A stretch of 29,168 bases of DNA from Candidatus Bathyarchaeia archaeon (GTDB lineage Archaea > Thermoproteota > Bathyarchaeia > Bathyarchaeales > Bathycorpusculaceae). Position 1 is the stretch's first letter. Each line of letters starts with the position of its first letter. Below the pieces are notes generated by a model. That model saw only the letters and a list, made by a program, of their open reading frames with translations, did not search any database and was not told where the DNA came from. Below, one piece after another: positions 17,833-26,793 of the stretch. A program made the position numbers and the translations under genes. The DNA is taken from contig JBEKKX010000031.1 of assembly GCA_050010515.1 (NCBI GenBank), positions 1 to 29,168 on the forward strand. The letters are read 5' to 3'.

Positions 17833-18829
17833 TGGGTGTTTTCCTCCCTTTGCCTCTAGCGTAGTTGATGGTAGTTGTTACTGCGCCGACAAACCAAGCG
17901 AATGCTCTCACAAAATATAGCACAACCAACCGCAAAGCAGCCTTATCATGGAACTTAACAGCAATTTTGGCTGCGGAGTAAACGAAGTAAACAAGCATTA
18001 AGACTAAAATTAAGCCTGAAATGTACCATAAGGACCTGAGGACTTCTATGATTCCAAGAAGGAAAAACGCAATGACAGCTAAGAGCAGTACTGGCTGAAT
18101 GTTCATGCCAAAATCCGTGATTTCATCACCTTTAGCCAATCGTCCATGTTTAAAGTACAGTTTTAAAGTGTTTTTTCCGTATTGCAACTGCTGCCTGTAA
18201 TAAGCTCGAACTGTTGGCCTGTTGTAGTGGTAGCAGATGGCGTTTGGTTCGTAAGCGATTTTGTAGCCTTTCGCGCTTATTCTAAAGCCTAAGTCTGTGT
18301 CATATTGGCTTGGCAAGTTTTCATCCCATCCGCCAGCCTCTTTGATAACGTCTTTTTTCAAGAGCAGGTTCATGGTGGCTATGCGACTTGTGTATTTTCC
18401 TATGCGGCTGTAGCGGTTTTTAAGTTCGTAACCGATGCTTTTTGCCCATGGATTCTCAGCGTTCCATGTTTCTATGCTGCCGCTGACTCCCGCCACTTTA
18501 GGCTCTTCCAAGTGGAGTACAAGTTTTCTTAGCCATTGAGATTCCACTTTAGCATCTGCATCTACAAAGCCCAGAACCGAATGCGTAGCAATTTTCATGG
18601 CGTAATTATAGGCTGCTGGAGCGTTTAAGCTAATGGAAACAACTTTGACAGGGAAATTTTCTGCTATTTTGACCGTGGCGTCTTTTGAGCCACCATCCAT
18701 GACGATAACTTCAATGAAGCCTGCGGGATAATCCAGCGCCAAAATCGAGTTGAGGCATTCCTCGATTGTTTGTTCATTATTGTAAGTTGCAACTATAATT
18801 GAAACTTTAGGATATGCGTTGCCAGCCAA
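17825..18829 (-). CDS. glycosyltransferase family 2 with C-terminal TM helices
   Basis: VSIIVATYN, MDGGSKD, FVDAD, GGWDE, YDTDL, RQQLQYG and a hydrophobic C-terminus. Confidence 0.9.
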   Translation of the reverse strand: MAGNAYPKVSIIVATYNNEQTIEECLNSILALDYPAGFIEVIVMDGGSKDATVKIAENFPVKVVSISLNAPAAYNYAMKIATHSVLGFVDADAKVESQWLRKLVLHLEEPKVAGVSGSIETWNAENPWAKSIGYELKNRYSRIGKYTSRIATMNLLLKKDVIKEAGGWDENLPSQYDTDLGFRISAKGYKIAYEPNAICYHYNRPTVRAYYRQQLQYGKNTLKLYFKHGRLAKGDEITDFGMNIQPVLLLAVIAFFLLGIIEVLRSLWYISGLILVLMLVYFVYSAAKIAVKFHDKAALRLVVLYFVRAFAWFVGAVTTTINYARGKGRKTPNA

Positions 18830-18834
18830 CTTGC

Positions 18835-19533
18835 TTAACCCTTCATGTACGCTGAAATTATCGATATGAGAATTTTGAATCCATCAACTATTGGGTCAAC
18901 TCCAGACCTGCCGTAGGTTCGCTGCTCAAAACTTATCGGCGCCTCAGTGATTCTGAAGCCTTTTTTGGCTGTCTTTACCAACATTTCAGATTCTATCTCA
19001 TACCCCCCTGACTTTAGCTTTTGGCTTTTCATCACTTCGCGTTTCATAGCACGATAGCCTGATTGAGAGTCAGTGATGGCGACGCCAGTTAATAGTTCGA
19101 TGAAAGAGTTGAAGAGTTTAACACCAAAAGCGTTTAGTTTTCTGGTAGCCACGTTTTTTTGGTTTAGGTATCTTGAGCCTATAACTAGGTCTGCTTTGTC
19201 TTGCACAATTGGCGCAAGTACCCGCGGAAGTTCTTCGGGTTTGTGTGAGCCGTCTGAGTCTATGGTGACTATTATGTCGCCTTTTGCTTTGGCAAAGCCT
19301 GCTCGCAGCGCGTAGCCTTTGCCTAAGTGCCTTTTTAGCGTGTAGATTTGGGCGTTGTGTTCTTTGGCTATTTCAAGCGATTTGTCATACGAGCAGTCGT
19401 CTACAACTATTATTTCGTTTTTTAAGCCTGTTTGCTTCACGGCTACTTTTACACGGTCGATTATGTTGCCTATGGTTAATTCCTCGTTGTAAACGGGAAT
19501 TATTACGGAAAGCAGCATTTCCTTTCGGCTCAT
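18835..19533 (-). CDS. glycosyltransferase family 2 (dolichol/polyprenol-phosphate glycosyltransferase-like)
   Basis: SVIIPVYNEE, VVDDCSYD, GKG, IDSDGSH, GSR, TDSQSGYRA. ATG 19533 lies about 28 bp downstream of the TTATAA at 19561-19566; the TTG at 19551 is an alternative start. Confidence 0.92.
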   Translation of the reverse strand: MSRKEMLLSVIIPVYNEELTIGNIIDRVKVAVKQTGLKNEIIVVDDCSYDKSLEIAKEHNAQIYTLKRHLGKGYALRAGFAKAKGDIIVTIDSDGSHKPEELPRVLAPIVQDKADLVIGSRYLNQKNVATRKLNAFGVKLFNSFIELLTGVAITDSQSGYRAMKREVMKSQKLKSGGYEIESEMLVKTAKKGFRITEAPISFEQRTYGRSGVDPIVDGFKILISIISAYMKG

Positions 19534-19559
19534 TTTACTTTTAGATGCCAATGGAAGAA

Positions 19560-19568
19560 CTTATAAAG
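19560..19568. promoter_or_regulatory. TATA box (CTTATAAAG) between the divergent GT and membrane-protein/cobD operons
   Basis: Palindromic TTATAA core in the short divergent intergenic gap, usable on either strand. Confidence 0.45.
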
Positions 19569-19615
19569 TTTGGCTACCCCAACCTTGTAAGCAATTGAAT
19601 GGATAGTTTGCTTAG

Positions 19616-20170
19616 ATGGAAACCGCTATGAACAGTAAAGTTAATGCTGACAGGAAAATGTGGTTTTCCATGTGGTTTTTAGCGGCGATTGTTACTTTTG
19701 GGTTGGCGTTTTTCCCCATGTTCTACCGCCTGATTGAGGGCAGGAATAGGCATTTTCAGCATGAGGCAGAATTAGAAAATCAGGTTGTCGCTTATCTGAG
19801 GAGTCAGGGAAAGGAGCCGCCGGCAACAAGTGAGCACTTTAAACGGAGGAATGCGAAGGCGTGGGCTGTCAGCATCGTTTTGGTTATTCCAGTTTTTGTC
19901 ATTCTTTACCTATTGTCGAGGGATTTATTGGTACATGAACGAAATCAAGACATGTTTCTTGCGGCTTCTTTTAGTGAACGGATGTTTATGCCGCAGACGA
20001 TACCGATAAAAACTTATGTTTTGATTACAATTGTTACGTTGGGCGTTGGAGCAGTTTACTGGCTATACAAGGTTGTTAACTTGTATAACGCTCACTTTAA
20101 AGCTCAGTTGCAAGTTGAAAAAGAAGCAGGTAGACTAATGGAGGAAGAGAAAGCTGTCGGACACATGTAA
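19616..20170 (+). CDS. membrane protein (three TM segments, DUF4234-like)
   Basis: Repeated IVTFG/IVTLG...YWLYK...N-HF pattern and hydrophobic segments. Confidence 0.7.
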   Translation: METAMNSKVNADRKMWFSMWFLAAIVTFGLAFFPMFYRLIEGRNRHFQHEAELENQVVAYLRSQGKEPPATSEHFKRRNAKAWAVSIVLVIPVFVILYLLSRDLLVHERNQDMFLAASFSERMFMPQTIPIKTYVLITIVTLGVGAVYWLYKVVNLYNAHFKAQLQVEKEAGRLMEEEKAVGHM

Positions 20171-21275
20171 AGAACGCAGGTTTGTTAGTCATGGCGGAGA
20201 CATTTGGGGTTTTATCCGAAAATACAATGTACCACTTGAAGAAGTACTTGAGTTCAGTGGACCTATCAATTTTCTTGGGCCTTCGCCCAAAGCTGTAGAA
20301 GCCGTTAAAAAGTATGCTAAGCTGATCAAGTTTTATCCTGACCCTAACCCAGTGGAGTTTAAAGCGGAAATCGCAAAGTACATTGGGCACGGAGTGAAAG
20401 AGGAAAACGTCATTTTAGGGAACGGCTCCATCGAACTCATCTACGCCATTACCGAGATTCTGCCGCGCGGCTTTAAAGCGCTCATTCCCGTGCCTTCATT
20501 TAGCGAGTATGAGAAGGCAGCACTACGGGTTGGTGGCGAAGTAGCGTTTCTCCAGTTGCCAGAGAACTTTGCTTTAGAAAACGAAAAAATCAAGCGAGCA
20601 ATCACACCTGAAACAAAAATACTCTACATTTGCAATCCTCACAGTCCTTCAGGGACACTGTACAGCAAAGAAGCGGTTTTAGACCTAGTTGATTTCTGCC
20701 ATAAAAAGGACGTCATCTTCAGCGTTGACGAGAACTATATCGAGTTTGCCGAGAAAGGCCAAGAAACCACGTTGGCTGGCATGGTTAAAGAGTATGAGAA
20801 CCTGTTTGTGATAAGGTCGGTTACTAAATTCTACGGCATGGCAGGCATACGTTTAGGCTACGGCACAGCAGCACCGAAACTAGTCGAGAAGCTGGAAAAT
20901 GTCAGGCTCCCGTGGAGCATCAACAGCCTCGCAAGCTGCGCGACGCTTGCAGCATTTAATGACACTGATTTCATTGAAAACACTAAAAGAACAATCGCCA
21001 AAGAAAGAGCACAGCTAGCCAAAAGCCTAAACGAAATCGGAGACTTACACGTTTACCCGTCAGTAACAGACTTTGTGCTTGTGAAAATCCTGAATCGAAA
21101 AATTACGTCCACCAAGCTTAAGGATTTGCTGGCTAAAGAACACATTCTAATCCGTGATTGCTGCACCTTCATGGGCTTGGACGATAGCTACTTCAGAATC
21201 ACAGTCCGTTCAGCAAAAGACAACCAAAAACTCGTGGAAACAATAAAAAAACACTTGAAAAACGCTGAGAACTAA
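20154..21275 (+). CDS. cobD: L-threonine-O-3-phosphate decarboxylase CobD (HisC-like PLP enzyme), apparent CTG start
   Basis: The frame is open 66 codons upstream of the track start and contains SHGGDIW...LEFSGPINFLGPSP...YPDP. Also GNGSIELI, CNPHSPSG, VDENY, RSVTKFYGMAGIRLGY and IRDC. The HGG motif and cob context favour CobD over HisC. Confidence 0.8.
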   Translation: MSDTCKERRFVSHGGDIWGFIRKYNVPLEEVLEFSGPINFLGPSPKAVEAVKKYAKLIKFYPDPNPVEFKAEIAKYIGHGVKEENVILGNGSIELIYAITEILPRGFKALIPVPSFSEYEKAALRVGGEVAFLQLPENFALENEKIKRAITPETKILYICNPHSPSGTLYSKEAVLDLVDFCHKKDVIFSVDENYIEFAEKGQETTLAGMVKEYENLFVIRSVTKFYGMAGIRLGYGTAAPKLVEKLENVRLPWSINSLASCATLAAFNDTDFIENTKRTIAKERAQLAKSLNEIGDLHVYPSVTDFVLVKILNRKITSTKLKDLLAKEHILIRDCCTFMGLDDSYFRITVRSAKDNQKLVETIKKHLKNAEN

Positions 21276-21417
21276 ATTTTACTCGACGACCCACATAAAT
21301 AAGAATTCTTCGAGGAGATAATTGCCGTGCTCTGTTAGGTTTCCATAAACGCTTATTAGGTCACGTGTTTATCCATCATCCAACAGGTCCAAAGTGTACC
21401 AGAGATGTTGAAGTAAA

Positions 21418-22161
21418 ATGAAAGTGGTTGTCCACTGGAGTGGAGGAAAAGATTGCTGTACGGCACTTCACAAAGTGGTAGAGCAGGGTCACGAAATAGC
21501 ATGCCTCGTCACCTACATCTATATGGAACCCTACGTTTTTCACAGTTTCAAAGTAATAGAGTTACAAGCCAAAGCTCTGGGCGTTCCCCACCAGTTTGTG
21601 AAAATAACAGATAACCGATATGACGACATCATGGGAACTCTCGAGCGGTTGCATAAAGAACAGGGCGTTGAAGCCATCGTAACAGGCGACATCGACAACG
21701 TACATCACCGACGGGTATGGAAGGACGCCTGCAAAAAACTAAACGTCAAACTCCTAATGCCCATGTGGGATAGACCACTCAACCTCATTCCAGGCAGCCG
21801 CTACCGAAAACGAATCATGGAAATGGAGCAGTCAATCGGAGTAAAAGCCATCCTCAGCTGCATTGACCAAAGATACTTCACCGAACAATGGCTAGGGCGA
21901 CAAATAGACAGAAAATGCATCGAAGACATGAAACCCCTAGTCGGTCCAGCGGGTAAAGGAATAGACATTTCGGGAGAACCAGGAGAATACCACTCAACAT
22001 CGCTTGATGCACCGCTATTCAAAGAACGCATTGAAATCACCAAGTACACCAAGAGAAGCCGAGTCGTCGATTTTGGCGGTTCACCCTACCGAGAAGGCGA
22101 TTTTCTCTACATGGACATTGAAGAAGCGGTTCTTAAACCCAAAAATCCCAGCATCGCCTAA
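21418..22161 (+). CDS. diphthine-ammonia ligase-like PP-loop ATPase (Dph6/MJ0570 family), paralog 1
   Basis: WSGGKDC, FHS, LQAKALGVP, VTGDI, MPMW, WLGR, GEPGEYHSTSLDAPLF. Confidence 0.85.
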   Translation: MKVVVHWSGGKDCCTALHKVVEQGHEIACLVTYIYMEPYVFHSFKVIELQAKALGVPHQFVKITDNRYDDIMGTLERLHKEQGVEAIVTGDIDNVHHRRVWKDACKKLNVKLLMPMWDRPLNLIPGSRYRKRIMEMEQSIGVKAILSCIDQRYFTEQWLGRQIDRKCIEDMKPLVGPAGKGIDISGEPGEYHSTSLDAPLFKERIEITKYTKRSRVVDFGGSPYREGDFLYMDIEEAVLKPKNPSIA

Positions 22162-22272
22162 GAAACTTGAGATTGCCGCCTGCCATGGATTAGCAGCGGT
22201 TGGGTGTTTTATGGCAATGTTGATTAAGCAAGTAGACGCCTAAAACAGTACTAAGGCTGGAGTTGAAGCGGA

Positions 22273-22569
22273 ATGGTAGAAAAAGAAGTTATTGGTAACC
22301 TGAACGTTGTTTGGCTCTGCGGAGGAACAACTGCAGACATAACTCCAGCGCAACCGTTAAAGTTCAACATGAACGATGCATGCGAAAAAATCAAGAAACA
22401 GCACTTCAAAATCCGCGTGAAGTCCCAGATGGTCTTGATGTTTGATTACATGAAGCTGGATGTAAGCCTGTTTGATGGGGGGCGGATGCTGATAAAAAAC
22501 GTAAGCGACAAGGAAACTCCGCTTAATGCTTACCGGGAAATTCTCAAAACAATCAACATAACCATATAA
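22273..22569 (+). CDS. small protein resembling the C-terminal domain of long ThiF/MoeB proteins
   Basis: WLCGGTTADITP...VSLFDGGRMLIKNV.D..LNAY resembles the LCG...F-DGR-LI pattern. SD-like GGAG upstream. Confidence 0.6.
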   Translation: MVEKEVIGNLNVVWLCGGTTADITPAQPLKFNMNDACEKIKKQHFKIRVKSQMVLMFDYMKLDVSLFDGGRMLIKNVSDKETPLNAYREILKTINITI

Positions 22570-22761
22570 AACTCAAAAAAACCCCGCGTTTTGCCTTATC
22601 TTTGCATAAAAAAGCATCAATTTGCATGCAAAAGTGCGCAACTTAGTTCTATGCAGCTCTATGTTGAATCATATTTGAAGCATATTAGAAACATCTAGTA
22701 GACCGGGGTAGGCTTGTGCACACACAAAAATCTAAGACAAAAAACCAAGAGTTAAATCTCA

Positions 22762-24129
22762 TTAGCGGTTAAAAACCAGAGAGACACTTTTTTTAACTGC
22801 GCTTCCCAAGCCTTCCTGCTTAATTACTCGGATAAGCTTAGACGCCGCCGACTTCTGGCAGTTTCGCTGAAAATCCCGCTGAATCTTGACGAGCATATCG
22901 TAATCGAATTCTTTGGTTTTGACTCTTGCCAAATAGTTATCTATCTGATCGTACAAGCCTTGGCTTATCACTTCATCGTACAGTCGGCTACCAGGGCACG
23001 CCACGTAAATGTTGAATTGGCACCAGTCCGCGTTCAGATGCTTTGCAAACTTAAATGTGGCTTTCATGTCGTTAACTGTTTCGCCAGGGATGCCCAGCAT
23101 GAAAGAAGTTGCTGTTCGTATTCCCACTTGCCTGCAAAGCTCAAAGGTACGCTCGACTTCTTGGAGATTGATGTTCTTGTCTAGCTTTTGCTGAATTGCA
23201 GGTGAACCCGATTCTACTCCGAAGAATATGGTTTGGCAGCCAGCGGATTTCATTTCAGCGAGCAATTCTTTGGAGATGAGGTCGGCTCTGGTTTCGCATG
23301 TCCATTTGATGTCTATTTTGCTTTCTCTGATTTGTTGGCAAAGCTCAGATGTGCGTTTTTTGTTTATGGTAAAGTTGTCGCCGACGAAGTAGATTCCCTT
23401 TGAACCATAGTTTTCAACCATGTGCTTTATTTCGTCTATGACTCTTCGGGGCGAGAAGGCTCGACAAGTGGTTCCCCACAATTCCCTAGTTTCACAGTAC
23501 GCGCAACTGTATGGGCAGCCACGAAGTATACTCATGGTATCGACAGGTTTAACACTCAAATAGCTTAGTGTACGGTCGTACATTTGCATCGGCAGCAGAT
23601 GACGCGCCGGAACGGGAACCTGATCCAAATCAGTGATGAATTCAGGCGCATTCTTCACCACCTCGCCGTTAATCCTGCATGCTACCCCTGGGATTTTGGC
23701 AATCACCGCCTTTTCTTCGCCTTTCATGATGCTGGCGACAAGGTTCACCATTGCCTGCTCTCCCTCGCCGATAACCACGTAATCTATCTCTTCGTGATCC
23801 AGCATGGTTTGAGGCATGTACGAAGGATGTGGTCCTCCCACAACTACCCTGCATGATGGGTATGCTTCTTTGACTGCTTTAGCCGTCTCGATGCACCGAG
23901 AATAAGTCAAAGAACTGCAGGTTATGCCCACTATTTCTGGCGCACGCTTTCTCACTTCCAATTTAACTTCTTCAATTGACCGCTCCAGCAGATAGTTGTC
24001 AAGAATTTCTACATGGAAGCCATTCTTTTCTAAAGCTGCAGCAACATAAGCTAACCCCAGTGGAGGAAGCTTTCCCGCCATACCCCAAGGCGATTTCAGG
24101 GGTGGAGCGGTAGTCATTAGTAAAATCAA
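22762..24129 (-). CDS. cobalamin-binding radical SAM protein (class B-like), paralog A
   Basis: PPLGLAYVAAAL, VVGGPHPS, GEGE, RGCPYSCAYC, GVESG, GIPGET, PGS. Start placed at TTG 24129 by alignment with paralog C; the track start (24255) overlaps the upstream gene. Confidence 0.9.
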   Translation of the reverse strand: MILLMTTAPPLKSPWGMAGKLPPLGLAYVAAALEKNGFHVEILDNYLLERSIEEVKLEVRKRAPEIVGITCSSLTYSRCIETAKAVKEAYPSCRVVVGGPHPSYMPQTMLDHEEIDYVVIGEGEQAMVNLVASIMKGEEKAVIAKIPGVACRINGEVVKNAPEFITDLDQVPVPARHLLPMQMYDRTLSYLSVKPVDTMSILRGCPYSCAYCETRELWGTTCRAFSPRRVIDEIKHMVENYGSKGIYFVGDNFTINKKRTSELCQQIRESKIDIKWTCETRADLISKELLAEMKSAGCQTIFFGVESGSPAIQQKLDKNINLQEVERTFELCRQVGIRTATSFMLGIPGETVNDMKATFKFAKHLNADWCQFNIYVACPGSRLYDEVISQGLYDQIDNYLARVKTKEFDYDMLVKIQRDFQRNCQKSAASKLIRVIKQEGLGSAVKKSVSLVFNR

Positions 24130-24173
24130 TGTCTGGCTTTCTCCATGTTCAATGTTTTGTGTTGCCCTCTTTT

Positions 24174-25586
24174 CTACTTCACCAAATTGTTTGCTTTTGC
24201 TATGATTGCCCTCCGAGCATGTGCCAGTATTAGACGCGTTGCGCCTAGACCCCACATTTTTCCTTGCTTAAACATGCCTAACGCGCTGACGAAGTAGGCT
24301 GGGCTGAGGTAGAACTTTTGGAATGCTTGTTCCCGAATTTCTGTCAGCTCCTGCATGCTTAAGTTTGGAATCTCAAAGATCGGCGTCGCCGTGTCGTATT
24401 TGTCAAAGTCAGTTATCTTTAGGGATCCGTTTGCTTTCACCTCGTCGTAGAGGGGTGTTCCAGGGTAAGGTGTGGCTATGTAGAATCCTACATCGTTAGG
24501 GTTAAGTTCCTTAACAAACCGAATTGTTTCCCAAGCGCTCTCTTTTGTTTCGCCGGGAAAACCCAAAATGACGCCTGCAACAGTCATCAACCCTGCTTCT
24601 TTTGCCCACTTGAATGCTCTTCTGGTTTGAGTAAGTGAGAAGCCTTTTCCCATGGAGTTTAATACTTTCTTTGAGCCTGATTCGACGCCGAACCAAACAG
24701 CTATGCAGCCTGCCTCCCTCATTTTTACAAGGAGCTCTTTACTTACCATGTCTACTCGAGTTTCACAGTCCCATTTGATTCTTAGTCCTCTCCGCTGAAT
24801 TTCATCGCATATTTTTGCGGTTCTATCCTGATCCACGGTAAATGCATCGTCATAGAATGTGAACTGGTTTGCATAGTAGTTTTTGTGGAGAAACTCCAGC
24901 TCGTCTACTACATTTTTTGGACTGCGCATGCGGTATCTTCTGCCGAACATTCTGACGGCTGTGCAGAAGTTGCACCAGTACACGCAGCCTCGACTAGTCA
25001 TCACGGGATAAGGTATCGTTCCGTACTTCCTCAAATTCTCCGTATGCTGCCAAAGATGGAGTGCTGGATAAGGCAGACTGTCGAGGTCTTCCAAGAAAGG
25101 TCTATCAGGGTTCTTCACTATTTCTGTGCCCTTCCTGCAAGTAGTGCCTGCAAGGTCATGGAAAGCTTGAGCTTTTTCAACTCTTTGTGCAAGCTCCAGC
25201 ATGGTGTTTTCGCCCTCGCCCCTGACAACAACATCTAAGGAGGGCTCTTCATGCAATGCCTTGTCATCCCAGAAGGTAACATGGGGACCTCCGATTGCAG
25301 TTATGCAGTTTGGCCAAACTTCCTTGCATATTTTTACTATTCGAAGGGCAGACTTGTACGTAAGAGTGGTGGAGGTGACTCCAACTATGTCAGGTTGGAC
25401 TTTACCAATTTCTTCTCTAAACTGTTTGTGAGTGAGTTTTTGCGCTTGACAATCAATCACGTTAACTTCAAAATGATTCGTATACAACACCGCACCTAAG
25501 TACCCGATGCCTAAGGGCATGAAAGGTGGATGCTGATGGGAACCGACAGGGTAGGGTGGATTCACAAGAGTTACGCGAGTTTTCAT
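24174..25586 (-). CDS. cobalamin-binding radical SAM protein (class B-like), paralog B
   Basis: LVNPP, PLGIGYLGA, IGGPHVT, GEGE, TSRGCVYWCNFC, FYDDAFT, GVESG, GFPGET, TPYPGT. Confidence 0.92.
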   Translation of the reverse strand: MKTRVTLVNPPYPVGSHQHPPFMPLGIGYLGAVLYTNHFEVNVIDCQAQKLTHKQFREEIGKVQPDIVGVTSTTLTYKSALRIVKICKEVWPNCITAIGGPHVTFWDDKALHEEPSLDVVVRGEGENTMLELAQRVEKAQAFHDLAGTTCRKGTEIVKNPDRPFLEDLDSLPYPALHLWQHTENLRKYGTIPYPVMTSRGCVYWCNFCTAVRMFGRRYRMRSPKNVVDELEFLHKNYYANQFTFYDDAFTVDQDRTAKICDEIQRRGLRIKWDCETRVDMVSKELLVKMREAGCIAVWFGVESGSKKVLNSMGKGFSLTQTRRAFKWAKEAGLMTVAGVILGFPGETKESAWETIRFVKELNPNDVGFYIATPYPGTPLYDEVKANGSLKITDFDKYDTATPIFEIPNLSMQELTEIREQAFQKFYLSPAYFVSALGMFKQGKMWGLGATRLILAHARRAIIAKANNLVK

Positions 25587-25734
25587 GTTCTTCCCTGAAA
25601 CAAGAGTTTATACTTTGTAAGCGCGTTCAAGTTCATTTACTTTATGCAAAATTTAGATTTTTCGCAAGCTACACAAATTACCAGAAATAACTGTAAAAGT
25701 TAGGAATTAATAATGAGGAATCTTCGTTTGCTTG

Positions 25735-26451
25735 TCATTTTGGCGTTTCTTTGGGTTTTAAATATGCTTCTTTGATGTCCATGTATAGCCAATTTCTTTT
25801 CCAGTTCTTCGACTTTTCCTTCTTGGTTTTCTTCTTGAATTTGCCGATTCCGATGGATTCTTTGAAAAGCGGTGCGTCGACAACTGTGGTGTGGTAGCCT
25901 TGTCCGTCTTCGCTGGAAACGTCTATGTCTTTTTCGTCGGCTAACTCTTTTAGTTCTTTGATGGAGGTGCTGTCTATCGCTCGTCCTAACCATTCTTCAC
26001 CAAAGAAATTGGTATTAATACAGTTTAATATTGGTCTTAAGCCGGTCTGAACCACTTCTTTCAACACATCGTAAGTGTCTCCTGAAGGGTTTTCCAAGGG
26101 CATCATGAAAGCCATGCCCAACTGTTTGCACATGCTCTCGTAGTAGCTAGAGTGGACAAGGGCGCATCCTGCTCCGACTATGTCGCCTGTTACGATGCCT
26201 TCGATGCCTTCTTCGTTGTGTAATTTTGTGAGAGCTTTGAGGATGTCCTCGTATGCCTTCTTAATTCTAACCCGCTTCAAGGGAGTCCCCAAAGTTTTGG
26301 ATTGAAGTTCCATAACTGGGAAACTGTGAAAAATGTAGGGTTTCATATATTCAAAGGTGAGAAGATAAGCAACCTGATGACCCTGTTTGATGACTTTGTG
26401 GTAAGCTAAGCCGCATTCTTTGCCCCCACTCCAGTGGACGACAACTTTCAT
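25735..26451 (-). CDS. diphthine-ammonia ligase-like PP-loop ATPase (Dph6/MJ0570 family), paralog 2
   Basis: MKVVVHWSGGKEC, FHS, VTGDI, WLGR, YHTTVVDAPLF. Clearly paralogous to 21418..22161. Confidence 0.83.
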   Translation of the reverse strand: MKVVVHWSGGKECGLAYHKVIKQGHQVAYLLTFEYMKPYIFHSFPVMELQSKTLGTPLKRVRIKKAYEDILKALTKLHNEEGIEGIVTGDIVGAGCALVHSSYYESMCKQLGMAFMMPLENPSGDTYDVLKEVVQTGLRPILNCINTNFFGEEWLGRAIDSTSIKELKELADEKDIDVSSEDGQGYHTTVVDAPLFKESIGIGKFKKKTKKEKSKNWKRNWLYMDIKEAYLKPKETPK

Positions 26452-26793
26452 TTTGAATCCTCTTCATTCTGGAAAGGCATGTGGAAGGGCTATAAACCTT
26501 TTCGTTAACCGCCACTCTTTGCTCAAAACACGCTTCAGAGTTATTCTAGATTATATCCAGTCTCAGCCCGTATTATTGGAAGCTGATTAATTTTGGTCCT
26601 TGCAGCTTTCCCGAAGCCTGAATTTACTTGAAAAACAGCAAAAACAAAAACGAAACCTGCATCGGCATTCTGTGCCGTTAAAGCTATTAACTCCCATATA
26701 ATCAAAGTTTTAATCAAAAACATTCACAGAGAGACAAAACGTGCATGCTCACCAATGGAATAAACAGTTCTGCAAAGAGGAGAAAACTCTCAT

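Noticed and set aside
24130-24255. N-terminal extension of radical SAM A, and matching ATT (24153)/CTG (26770) starts 8 codons upstream in paralogs A and C
   Set aside because: The extension to 24255 overlaps gene B. The shared GGAGAA is equally explained as an SD for the TTG starts, so non-canonical starts are not supported.
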